A stretch of DNA of 64,000 bases from an uncultured Planctomycetales bacterium. Its GTDB lineage: Bacteria; Omnitrophota; Gorgyraeia; Zapsychrales; JANLHA01. The notes beneath the pieces are model-generated. The model saw nothing but the letters and a program-made list of their open reading frames with translations. It had not been told where the DNA came from and did no database searches. The stretch covers positions 7,743 through 71,742 of the forward strand of contig CAYJXI010000001.1 of the NCBI GenBank assembly GCA_964374105.1, read 5' to 3'. The translations under genes and the position numbers were made by a program. Every line of letters starts with the position of its first letter. The first letter of the stretch is position 1. Of this stretch, positions 36,601-48,600 are shown piece by piece.

Positions 36601-39600
36601 GAGACAGCTTGCTATGGCAGCCAGCCAAGGCGAAATCGTCTTAGGAATTGAGGAAGTTGTCCGAAACGATGCCTTTGAAGAAGAATTTATTAAAGGCCAG
36701 TACGGCTTCAAGAAAGGATTGATCTTTGGATTCGATGAGGAATTCCCTAAGCATTATATTCACACACTCCTCAACTTCGGTCTCCTAGCTATTGGTACGG
36801 GGGGAACGGCAACGGATGAATCTGAAAAAATCATTTTAAGAAGAATAACAACCTCGGCGAGGGTGTATTTACCAATTTTTATAAAGACAAGCTCAGTCGT
36901 TAGAGAATTCTGGAAAGAGCTACCCCGCCAGTTACCGAAAGATGAGGACGGTTCGCTCATAAGAGAATTATATGAAAAGATTGATCGTTTTGTGGCCTCT
37001 GAGAAGGATTCCAACCTTAGAGATTTTCAGACAAAGGCCTTTAAGGAGTTTGAAACTTTTGGTTCCAATATCCTTTGGTCTCGAATTTATAAGATTATGG
37101 CTTCTGCCATGACCGAGGAGGCTATGAAGCATTACAAAGAAATCCACTATCTTAAGGAAAAAATAAATGATTTCCTCAAGAATCCTGTTGAAGAGGAGAA
37201 CCAACGAATTATCATGGAAGAGTTAAATCACTACTGGCGTGAATCCTTTATTATCAAAAATATGAAGGCCATCGCGGATATCGCTATTGAAAAAAGGCTC
37301 CCTGTCTATTTCCTCATCGGATTTAATCATGTTAAGAAAATTGAGGAAGCTTTAGGGCAAAATTATCGGAATCTGAAGATTTTAACTTTTGAACATTTTG
37401 AACAATTCCCACAAAGGCTTTTACCCAGAATCCCAGAACGTGTTTCGGATGCGTTAAACAAACACCGGGTGTTTGGAGAATCATCCGGGCCTCAAGATGC
37501 CAACGAAAACGGCTTGCCGCGAGAGGTTGTTGATTTAGCGGTGTTGTTGACAGAAAGGATCACTAAGCAGCCGATTCAAGACTGGGCCGCAGTTAAGGTT
37601 GATTCTAAGAAAGTCCGACAGGCCATGGTCCTCTTAGGGAATGAAAATAAATTAAGACAGCGGTTGGCTGAAAGCGGGGTTCATTTTGTCCGCGCTCCTC
37701 CCAAGGTTAACATCCTTTGGGATGCTGTTGGGGTAGCAAACTACCGAGATCCCTCTGGCCGTCTTTTTGTCATTCTCCCGCAGAAGACAACCACCGAGGC
37801 GATTGCCCATGATCTTTGGGCGGTTATGAATCCTTCCCTGCCTCACTCCATCAATCCGATCAAGATTTCAAAAGAAGAATTAGACACAGAGACACTTGTT
37901 GAACTGATTGTTGAGACGACCCAAGATACCAAGGATATCTTAAGCCTGCTTGAACATCCGGGCCTGTCGGTTGAAGGCAAGGCCTATATGCTTATCGCCC
38001 TAATTCGCATTGGCCTACAGAATTCTATGCAAACCATCAGCCTCCAATTAGAAAACGAACCCTCCTCACCACAGGACTTGCTGGGTATGCTTGCAAATGT
38101 GCTGGGCCCGGTCTTAGCAAATCTCTTGAGCGGATCCTCCACATCCTTGCTGGAGAAAATCGAAAAGGATTTGGCTAATAGAGGGGACCAGATCATTCCT
38201 GTCTTTGAACGCGCCTTGGAGCTTTTTAAGACGGTGGAAGACCAACGGCAGCGGTGGTTTATTTACAGCGTCTTGAGTGAGATGAAAGAAAAGGGTCTCG
38301 CCGAGCTCATGCGCTATTTTGATAATCCGCCTAACCCTGCCGACCAGGAGTTCATTGTCTACGAGATCACTCAAATGGGTCCGCCTACGTCCATTGAGTT
38401 TGCTCAAAGTCATAAGTTGAAGGACTCGTATGAAACCGTCTTGAACTTTATTATTCAAGCCTTCACCCGATTTGTGCCGCCGATGTTAATGAGATACATA
38501 TTGCTTATGATAGCTAATGAAGGCGAGAAAGAGATTGTCGCTGATATCGTGCGTAAGATGGCGGAAAGCGATAAATCGTATTTTAATAAAATTTTGGAAT
38601 TCCTTAAGGCACAAGGCTCTCCTGATGTTGTGGAAAAATTAAACAAATATCTAGCCAAGGCTGAGGAGACGGGAGAGCAGGAATTCCACTTACCTAAGCT
38701 CAACGTGAATGAACTTAAGATAAGTGCATTTAAGAGTAGGGTAAAGAGGACGATTAAGGGAATCAAGGGCCTTGAGGATCTCCACACCCGGTTTGAGGAA
38801 GGGTTATTGGTGGCCAACGGTGAGCTCAATGATCTTAAGCGCGTGGTTATTCACGGAAAATATGCCGAAAATCGAAAAGCCGCAATTAAGGCTATTGAGG
38901 AAATCCTTCAAGTTGTAGCTAAGACCAAGTTGGCGGGAGGGCAAGTGAGGGTTAAGGGACAAATGATCACCAATGAGGAAGTGTTCCTGCTTCTCATGAC
39001 CCTTTTCCAAGTTCTTGATGAAGATCCAGAAGAAGTTGTTTATAAGGAATCGGCAAGGGCAGCGGTTGCGGTCATCCTCTTATTTATCACGATTGAGGAT
39101 GAGGATTTCCGCTGGGGTTATAAAGAGCGCTATCAATCGTATTTGGATAAACTGCTTAAGTCGCCGCGTATTGATTCGGTAATTGATGCCTTGATTGCCA
39201 TCCGCACCGATAAAGAAAAGGATGACAGGGTCTTGAAGGCTGCAAGGGCTATGCTTACCGATATTGTCAAGGCCCGCGGTCAGGGACCGGATAGCCTCAA
39301 GAAGAATAGGGAAAATGGAGACAGCGCCCAATTCCCTGAAGATTCTACCGCCACTCGTTCGGGTGAACCGTTGACAGAGGAAAAAGAACGGCAATTGAGG
39401 CAATACCTCAAACTGAAAGTTAAAGACTTCTCTGGTTATGGGGTGGTTAATGATACCGCGGTGGATAAAGTCATCACGGCCCTGGGTGAGTCCGGATTTG
39501 AGGTACTGGCGAAGCGGCTGGAAGAACTCAAAGAAACCCTCAAGGTCCGTGCTGGACCGAAGGCGATTTTCGATGAACTCAAGGCCCAAGGCATTGACCT

Positions 39601-42600
39601 GTTGGCCTTCAATTTCGATGTATGGTTGGTTGTCCATCCAGAGTTGCTTAACCCCGCCGAGCAAACCAAACTTCAAGAGATTCTTGCCCACGAGACCGGT
39701 GCGATTTTCGGTTTACCACACGAAGTCAATCGACTTCTAGAAAAAGTCACGACCCAACAACTCACTCAAGAAGAAATCCAGGATCTTTTTGATGCCGCCC
39801 AGGAGATCCTTAAATCACAAAAGATGACTCCCAGAAGTCCTGCTGGCCGACAGGAAAACGGAGCCTATCCTGCCTCAGAGAAGATCGCAAAAGAAGATAT
39901 CATCATCTCAGTGCCGTTGTTCTTCCTGGAAGGGACGGCGTACAATTCCATCCGGAAGTACTCTCTTCGACTAGAGAAGCTCAGAGGGATTGGTCCTCTC
40001 ATAAGAAGTGGACGATTCTTTATCTCTAAGTACTTCCTGCCAGAACTTATTGGTGTGGCTAGAAAATTACAAGAGCGGAAGGCGAATGCCATTCATTTTG
40101 ATGTTCAACAAAAAGAGGGAATACAAAGATTGGGAGTCCTCGGACAGGATATCACTAGGATCTATAATCCCAAATTAATCCGGCGGTTACGCCAAAACGG
40201 CGTGACCCTTCCCATCGAGGTACATCTTATGTATTGGCAACCCTCTTCCCGGTATTTGAGGGCTTACAGGCAAGCGGGGTTAGGTTCCCAAGATACCATT
40301 TTCATTCATCATAACGCTTACGAAGATCCTAAGGAATTAGTTGAAAAATTGGCGCTGATCCGCACCCTGGGGATAAGAGCGGGTATTGCCTTGAGTCTCC
40401 AATACGGCACTGAGGAATTGACCGAAGAGATGTTGATTTCTGCTGATGCCATTCTCTTGTCGGCGGTAATGGAAGGAACACGTGGAGGGACATTTGATTC
40501 CCTGGTGGCTCAGAAGTCGAAAGAAATTTTATCTAGAAATTTCCAGGGAAGGATCCACATCCAAGGCGGGATTAATAAAGAGACTATTGGAATTGCTGCC
40601 TCAGGTGGGGCAACGGCTTTCGTCTCCGGTACGTTTGTGACCCAATCACCGGATATGACAAAGGCCATGGGGATCTTAAGAGAAGAGGCAAGGAAAGGAT
40701 ACAAACAAATAACTGCCGGATACCAGGCTGTGCGTAGCGAGGGGATGGATAAGGTGTCTAGTCTTAATTTTGAGGTTCTGGCGGGCAAGACTGTCTTAGT
40801 AACAGGGGGCGCTGGCTATATCGCCGCTGGTGTTATCCATGATCTATTGAAGGTGAATACCGAGGTGGTCATTTACGACAACTCTATGCGGGATCGGGAA
40901 GAAATCACCAAAATGCAAGGTATCACGATAGTGGAAGGGGATTTGAGCGATCAGACATTACTTGAAAGAACGCTTAAGGAGCAAAGAGTTGCGGCTGTTG
41001 TCCACTTGGGGGCCTATATTGCCGCAGGGAACTCTGTGAAGAATCCTGGGAAATATTTCTTTAATAATGTTGTCAACACCCTGACCCTGTTGGATAGCAT
41101 GGACAGGGCAGGGGTCAAATACCTTGTGTTTGCCTCCAGCGCCGGTGTCTATAGCGGAACCCTATTCAATGAATCAGGATTATTGGATGAGAACATTACC
41201 CCGGATCCGCAGAATCCTTACGGTGAAACCAAATATCTGATGGAACGCCTGATGCAGGATTATACAACAAAGAAAGGGATCCGGTTTGTGGCTTTGCGTT
41301 TCTTCAACGTCGCCGGGGCGTTTGAGTGGCAAGGAAGATGGTTCGGCGAAAACCATGAAGGGCCTGAGACTCATCTTATCCCACGGGCGATTAAATCTTA
41401 TTTATATGGGAATGAATTGATCCCATTTGAGCTTTTTGGTACAGATTACCAGACACGTGACGGGACGACAATCCGAGACTACATTCATCTTTTGGATTTG
41501 GCTGATGCCCATATCCGGGCTTTGATTCATCTTTTTAATGGGGGATTGAGTTTCATATTGAATCTAGGGACTGGTCAAGGGTCGACTGTTCGGGAAGTCG
41601 TTGAGGGGGTAGCTAAGATTATTAAACTGGAAGAAAACAAGGAGTTCCGAGTTAAAGAGGGGCCACGGCGTGCAGGAGACCCGCCCATCTTGCAGGCCAG
41701 TAGCCAGAAGGCCTTAAAGCAGTTGGGCTGGCAGGTTAAGAGAGATTTACAACAAATTTTGGAGGATGCCTGGGTTTTCCATAATCTAGAGAAACAACAC
41801 GGCTGGTGGAATTTGAAGACCATCGCCCCCGAAGATCGCCTGACCACAACTGAGGCTGAGTTTAGAACAATGGTGACTAAGGAGTTGAAAGCGAATGCGG
41901 TCATCACACCGCAAACCCGGTTTGAAATTCTCTTTAGGTTGTTGATTGATTCGCTGGTTGAAGGAGTTAACGATTCTACATTTAAGTCTTCAGCACAATC
42001 CAGGGCGTTAGTCGAAGGAGCCAGAGGACTCAAATCCCAGCCGGGCGAGTTGATGGAAGTCATCCACAGCAACGAGAAATTCTTTGCTGATTTTGAGAAG
42101 TTCTTAGAATCCCAATTTGTTTCAACGGATCCCTCCCGCCTAGAAATCATATCTCAACTTAAAGAAGACCTTTCCTCAACAACTCTTGGCGGGGAATCCA
42201 ATCTAGCGGACGTGAGCGGTCATCGTGGAAGCCCAATCCCCAGCCGATTGGCCGAGATGAGGAAGAAAGGGAAGGGAAAAGAGGATCATCATCCTGAAAG
42301 AAAGATAGATCCGAGGGAAGGGCCCAATGGTCTTTCTGCGTATGAACCGTTAGTTATGCTTGTCTTGTTGGCGGGAGTGGGAATCTTAGGAATTTATAAG
42401 AAAAGGTGGTTTGCCAAGAGATCGGCTATCTTTGAAGGGCGTGTTGATCATCAAAGAGAATTTGAGATTATCGATCGGATTTATTCTTATGTCTTATCTG
42501 GTATTGCTCGATTCCAAACCACGTCAGTACTATTATTAACAATAACAACATTCCTAGTGCCATTTCCAACATTTTACTTGTCTCCATTGTTCTTGCCAGG

Positions 42601-45600
42601 CTGGATGATGATGCCCGCGATAATCATCCCTGTGGCTATCGTTACAATAATCAATTTTCTGGCTACAGTGAGCTTGAATATTTCTGATGTTCCTAGGGCG
42701 CCAAATGCGAGAATTGATAGATTAGAAAATATTTTTGCTAAATATTCCCTACGAGAATTATTCCAGAAGATGACTTCTTTCATCGTTAGTATACCCCTTT
42801 CCTTTAGAGAATTCAATGTCAGATTTAGCTGGGGTAGAAAATTTGAAGGGAATAGAAAAGGGAAACCAGAGGTTTCAGAAAAACAGACGAATTATAACAC
42901 GGCCCGTAATGTTCCATCAAGATTAACGAGCCAAGGCGAAAGAGGTGACAGTGATCTCTTTAGCTTTGATCAAGACGAGCGCCTTGGCAAAAATTATCCT
43001 GGGAGTCTTTTGATATCCAAGGAACTAAGACGAAAAGCAAAAGACAAGATTCGGCTATTAAAGGAATATGTTCAGAATGCCTTTAGGTCCTTAGATTTGA
43101 TTCAGCACGACTTGCATGTTCATTACGAAGATCGTAAAGGGAACACAGTTGCCGAATATCTGGGAGAAAGAAGAATTGCGCTTGATCTTGGGCTAGCGGC
43201 CGTAGCTCCATTATTGGATTCAGATATTACCTCGGTCCTTCGCTTCCAATCCTTGATCAGTGACATCATCCGTCATGAATCCAATCATTGGAGGAATGAA
43301 TATCAGAGGCTCGATGAGGGCTGGGATGAAATGCAGGTGCGGCTTTCTACTTATATGGAATTAGAAAAACCAGAGAATCAAGAGGAGTTGGTTGAGATCA
43401 TGGAGGCCTTCAAACAATTCCATATCATCGTAGACTCCTCCTATCTAGCGGGGTTAAGTACAAAATACAGGATTACCGTACCAAAACGATCAGAATTAGA
43501 TAGAAGCCTCGATCTTCTTAAGTCACCCCATGCCTGGCAGCGCCAGATTGCCGCAAGGGCCTTAAGGGTCATGGAACTGCCGCTTGAGAATACCGGCAAG
43601 ATAATCTTCATTATTGATTCCCTCTCTACCCGCGTAAAGAACTGGGAGGAAAAGGATGAAGATGTCCGTCTCTCTAGTATTGAATCGCTCGGCCGGATCG
43701 TTGAGAAGCTTGTCGTAACCAAAGGTATTCATGAAATTTATAACGCTTTGATTGCTGTCACAGCAGAACTAGGGATGGCCCTAAGGGTTGGGGGGAAAAC
43801 TAAGAACCGTCTGGCTATTGTCAGGACCTTGAGTGTTATTGGGGTTAAGACAGATTTTCTCATTCACGTTTTGCCTAGTCTCATTTATGCCCTTATTGAA
43901 GATACCGGAGTTGATGTCCGTCGCGAGGCATTGAAAGGTATCTTGGTAATCTTACGTCATCGACCTAAGGCGGTTAAGGAGGCCGTTAAATATATTGATG
44001 CAACTGGACAGGTGAGAACAACCTTTATGCACATTGCCTTTGATATGGGTAAATTTAAGGAACTGCGCAGTGTTCGGCAAAAGCTATTTGTCTATTGGAT
44101 GTTAGGGTTATCCCAAGATCAAAATATCAGAAAGGCCGGACTTAACGAAACGAATCGTAAATTTGCTCAAGGACAATTGGATAATCCCGATGAAGAAATC
44201 AAATGGCTGGCCAACGAATTCTTGAAATTGTTTGAGAATCAATCCAACCACAAACCTGAAGAAAAGTCAGGGGCGATCGGCGAAGGAAAGGCCTTTAAAG
44301 AGCGCGGTGAGATCAACGTAACTGGTTTAGATGAAAGGGAGCTTAAGATTGCCCGAAAGGGGATTAAAGAACTTAAAAAGAGAATTGAGTCGAGGAAGGA
44401 GCGGTTGTCAGCCGAAGATTACACCCAAGCCCAGGCGGTTGTAGCGACATTGATTAAGACTATCAACGAACCTTTTGGATTCAGGGCGTTTGCGGCCATT
44501 GTCAACGACGAACACGATTACCTCTTGGCCTTTAGCGATCTGGGCTTCATTGTTCTCACGGACGCGGTGTTTACAAAAGAAATGAGACCCTATTTAACTC
44601 GGATCCTTTTCCACGAAGGGTATGTGGCAACCTTTGGCGAAGGGTCATTGACTGATGAGGCGGTGCGCTTAAAGGCCCATAACGAGATTGTCCACGGTAT
44701 TGAAGACAGGATTTTTGGCGAGACAGAGAAGTATATCGCCAAACTTGAGGATTATATCCGCCGGCATATTTCTGCCATAGCTCCGTTTACGGATGGAGAA
44801 GAGAAACAAGAAGATCTTGAGGTGATTTTTGAGGACGATGATGAGTTGTTAGAAGGTTTAGGAAAATTTGCTGTAGAACCAGTTATGTCAGAAAGGCAAG
44901 CTAAACAAATCATTCCGCAGAAGATCACGAGTAGCAGCGACATCGGCGGCCGGCCAGAACAGCAGGATCGCTATGGGATTATTCCAATGAATTTAGAAGG
45001 CATTCCAAACGGCCGCGGCCTGCTTATGGCGATTGCCGATGGGCATGGGAAGCGGGGCGCTGAAATAGCCAAAAAAGTCATCAATAACCTGCCGGTTTAT
45101 TTTGCCGAAGCCTTGATCCAGCAGGGCGGCGATGTCAAGGAGGCCTTCCTCGATGCCTTTATTGACTTTGTTGAAGATACAAAAGATGAAGATAAAGGTG
45201 GAACAACATTATCAGTTGCCTATATCTCAGAGGGCGAGGAAAAGGTTTACGCGGCCTTTATCGGGGATTCTCTCATCTGGATTAGAAACCGCGATGGCGT
45301 GGTGGTAAGAAGACTCGGACACAGCGTAGGTGAAAATATTAAAGAGCGTGAGGCAGCCATTGCCCGCGGCGCGGTTTATAAAGAGTACGAAGGTGTTGGT
45401 TATATCAGACCATCGGATAAGACGAAAGTTGGGGAACTCATGATGAGCCGTTCCTTGGGAGATAAGAATTTTGATTCGATTCTTGACCGCATCCCAGAGA
45501 TATTCGAAGAATTTTTAAATGAAGAGAGCTTTATGGTGGTGGGCAGTGACGGCATTATACCGTTTACGATTAAAGCAGAAGAGGAAAAGGATCAGTACAT

Positions 45601-48600
45601 AGCAGAAAAGGTTTCAGCCGGTCTCAATGCTGAGGATATTGTCAATGACACCACAACCAGCGCCGAAGTTGCGGCTCTGGCTTTTAGCAAACACCCGTGG
45701 ATTGTCGATAATGTTACCGCCATTGTCTGGCGTGCCAGCAGAAAACAAAGAAAAGAGCATGTCCTCAATACAAGGCCACAACTCCTGTTAGAGGCACCGC
45801 CACAGCGAAAACTCTTGCCACGACCGGCACCGAGAGGGCTAAACGAAAAACGCATTTTTGAAGAATTAGAAAAATTAAAGGTGACTGTCACCCAAGGCGA
45901 TAATCACCTTTTTGTGGAACGATTGCAAAATGCAGAAGATAATGCCGATCGCATCAAGATATTGTTAGAAGCATATCCACTGGAAGGCGTCAACATCGAG
46001 GTTGCCTCACCCAGAGGATTTTTAAGTTTTAGGGGAGTCGGTCGAACCGAAAGAAAAGGTCCACATCATTATCAGATCACCTTGATAGGGGTATCAGGAG
46101 ATGTCGAGATTTATCTTCTGTTCCATGAATTTTTGCATGTGTACTTAGAAGAAAAAGGCTTGACCTTTAATCCGGTCGTTGAAGATGAATCCTTAAGTCA
46201 GTATCTCTTTAAGTTAAAGAACTTGATTAACGATTATATTATTGAGAAAGAAAACAAGAGACGATTTGGCAATCGTTTTGTTCATATCACCCGAGATTTA
46301 CGAGATCGAGATGTCAGAGGTAATCTTATGGGTATGGGGTTGGGCACAAATCTGGAAATCTTTATGCTTGCGTTAACTGCCAAAGTGACAACTTCCCTGT
46401 ATCCCGAACTAGCCGACTCCTTCTCTCAACAATTTATTGGCAAGGCGGTTGAGTACAAACCTCTAGATAACGTCCTCAAAGAGCTTCAAGGTGTCTCTAT
46501 CGCAAGTAGCCCAGAGGAATACAGAAGAACAATCACAAGACTCCAGGAGTTAATGACGAAAAGTTCTCTTACCTTTGAAAATGATCGGCCAGTTGTTTCT
46601 CTTAAGGAAACTAAGAAATTCATCGAAGAGATTGAAGCAGATATCCGCAGATTAATGAACTTAATTAGCGGTCAAGAGAGAGGCACGGCAAGTGAGGAGA
46701 AATTGAACACTTATTCCGAATTGCCCGTAACAGCAGAAGATCATAAACGGGCGGTTGATCAGTATTCTTTAGGTCAACAAAAAGAAATTGTTCATACCCA
46801 ATTGGCTTTGACTGAGGAAGGTCTTCAACTCGAAGTTGTTTCTGGTTCATTAATAAGTGATGGGGAGAAAACACTCAAACAGGATCTTAACAAACTTCTT
46901 GAGGAGATCCGTGGGCCGCCCGAGGTACTGAAGGACATCATTGATGTGAAACTTGTGATCACCACCCAACCCACCCAGTTAAGAGACGGCAATAGATACA
47001 CTATCTACATTTCCTCTGTCAATATCATTCGAAGGACAGTTTATCTCCATCCACAGTACTTCTCAATCAGTGATCAGAGATTAAGGCTGGATATTCTTTA
47101 TCATGAATTGGTCAGTCATCTCTTTAAACGCATCAGAGACGAACAGATGGCGATGGCTGATACCAAGGCCTTCCGGCAAAGACTGATTCAGAAAATCCAA
47201 GAAGATCTGGCCGTGTATCCTAGGATCTTCTTACATGAAATCACTAGAAACCTCAAACAAAAATTGGATCAGCAAATCTTTTCTATGGCAAGAACCCTCA
47301 ACCAAGGATTAGCGGAATATCCATTTATCAAGATCATTGACAGTATGAATGAATTCTTATCACAGATTGCGGAGAGATTAACTCATCCGGATGAAAAGAT
47401 GAGGATTTATCCTAAGGTGGTTGTCAGGACTCATGAAACCGATGCCCGTCATACCGAAGTTCCCATCACTCACCGCCAGGCGAGAGTGGCGGTCTTCCCA
47501 GTGGCGGGCAATCCCTTGCACTGGGCGCATATTTTGATCGGACTTAAAGTCATAGCCCAATTTGGCATCGACAGAGTTATTTATCGTATTCAGGGTTTAG
47601 ATGATCGCAAACCTGATCTTGAAATCAATGAGAAACTCCGCCATCACATTGATGAACAAATGATGAAAGTCTTTGCCCCGCTTTTTGACTATTCCCCATC
47701 CGGAAAAGGTTCCACCTTTGACGGCGAGACTGATTTTGACCGATACTATGGCTTTAATGCGGGGGTGAAACTGGATCTGTATTATGTGGTTGGTGCTGAT
47801 CATTATCACCGTGAGGTCAACGGTAAGGTAGATACCATAGGCAAGTTGGAAAATTTTGCTGTCAAGGCCGGTCGGGAAATCCAGGATACCTTTGTCATCT
47901 TTATTAAGCGAGGCGAGCTAAAGCACAAGGTTGAGACAGAGCTTAACGTCAATTTTGTGGATGAGATCACCTTTGAGGCCTCCTCGTCCATGGCGAGATC
48001 CGGCAATGTCGCTATCATTCCGTACCTGATTTATCGATATGCACAGAAACATCACCTCTGGTGGTTTACTCAATTTTCTACGCATACCATGACTGAGAAA
48101 ATTAAAAGATCGCTCAGATATGAGATTCATAAAATTGCAAAGGTGCTTAACCGCGGTTTAGAAGATCATCCATTTAATAAAATGTTACCAACAATTGATA
48201 AACTGTCTGCCAAGATCGCCACCCGATTGCACAATGACAATATCAATCCTCAGGTTGTGATCCGAACCCACGAAAAGGATGAACGAGAAATCAATTTATT
48301 CGGCAAACAAAGAATAAGGATTGCTGTCTTCCCGATCTCAGGGAATCCAATCAGTTTAGGCGATCTCATTGTCGCCTTAGGAGCCATGGCTGATTGGGGG
48401 GCAGATAAAGTCATCTTTGTTCCGGCCGGGCAAGAAAAGGACAAGGATTTTGTGGTCGCAGAAGAATACCGACATAGAATCGCAGAAGAGCTTTTGAAGA
48501 GATTGGCTCCCTTCTTTGAATATTCCCCGATTGCCAAGGGAACAACGGATGATGGTGAGACACTTTTCTTAAAATTCTTTAAGTTGAATCAAGGACAGAC

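Noticed and set aside
39080-39691. 203-aa minus-strand ORF from the track (and the other minus-strand ORFs, for example 41575-42150, 9059-9529, 23365-23790)
   Set aside because: All are antisense to a sense frame that carries strong, recognisable domain motifs (for example the family B module here, or GalE/RPE nearby). Their translations are low-complexity and show no motifs. In the purine-rich 22.3-23.8-kb segment the antisense strand is pyrimidine-rich and so lacks stops by composition alone.
15921-39790. Calling the family B motif a canonical metzincin active site
   Set aside because: The central zinc-ligand His of HExxHxxGxxH is Ala/Gly in all four copies, so canonical zinc metalloprotease activity cannot be asserted. 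It is reported as a degenerate or variant motif instead.
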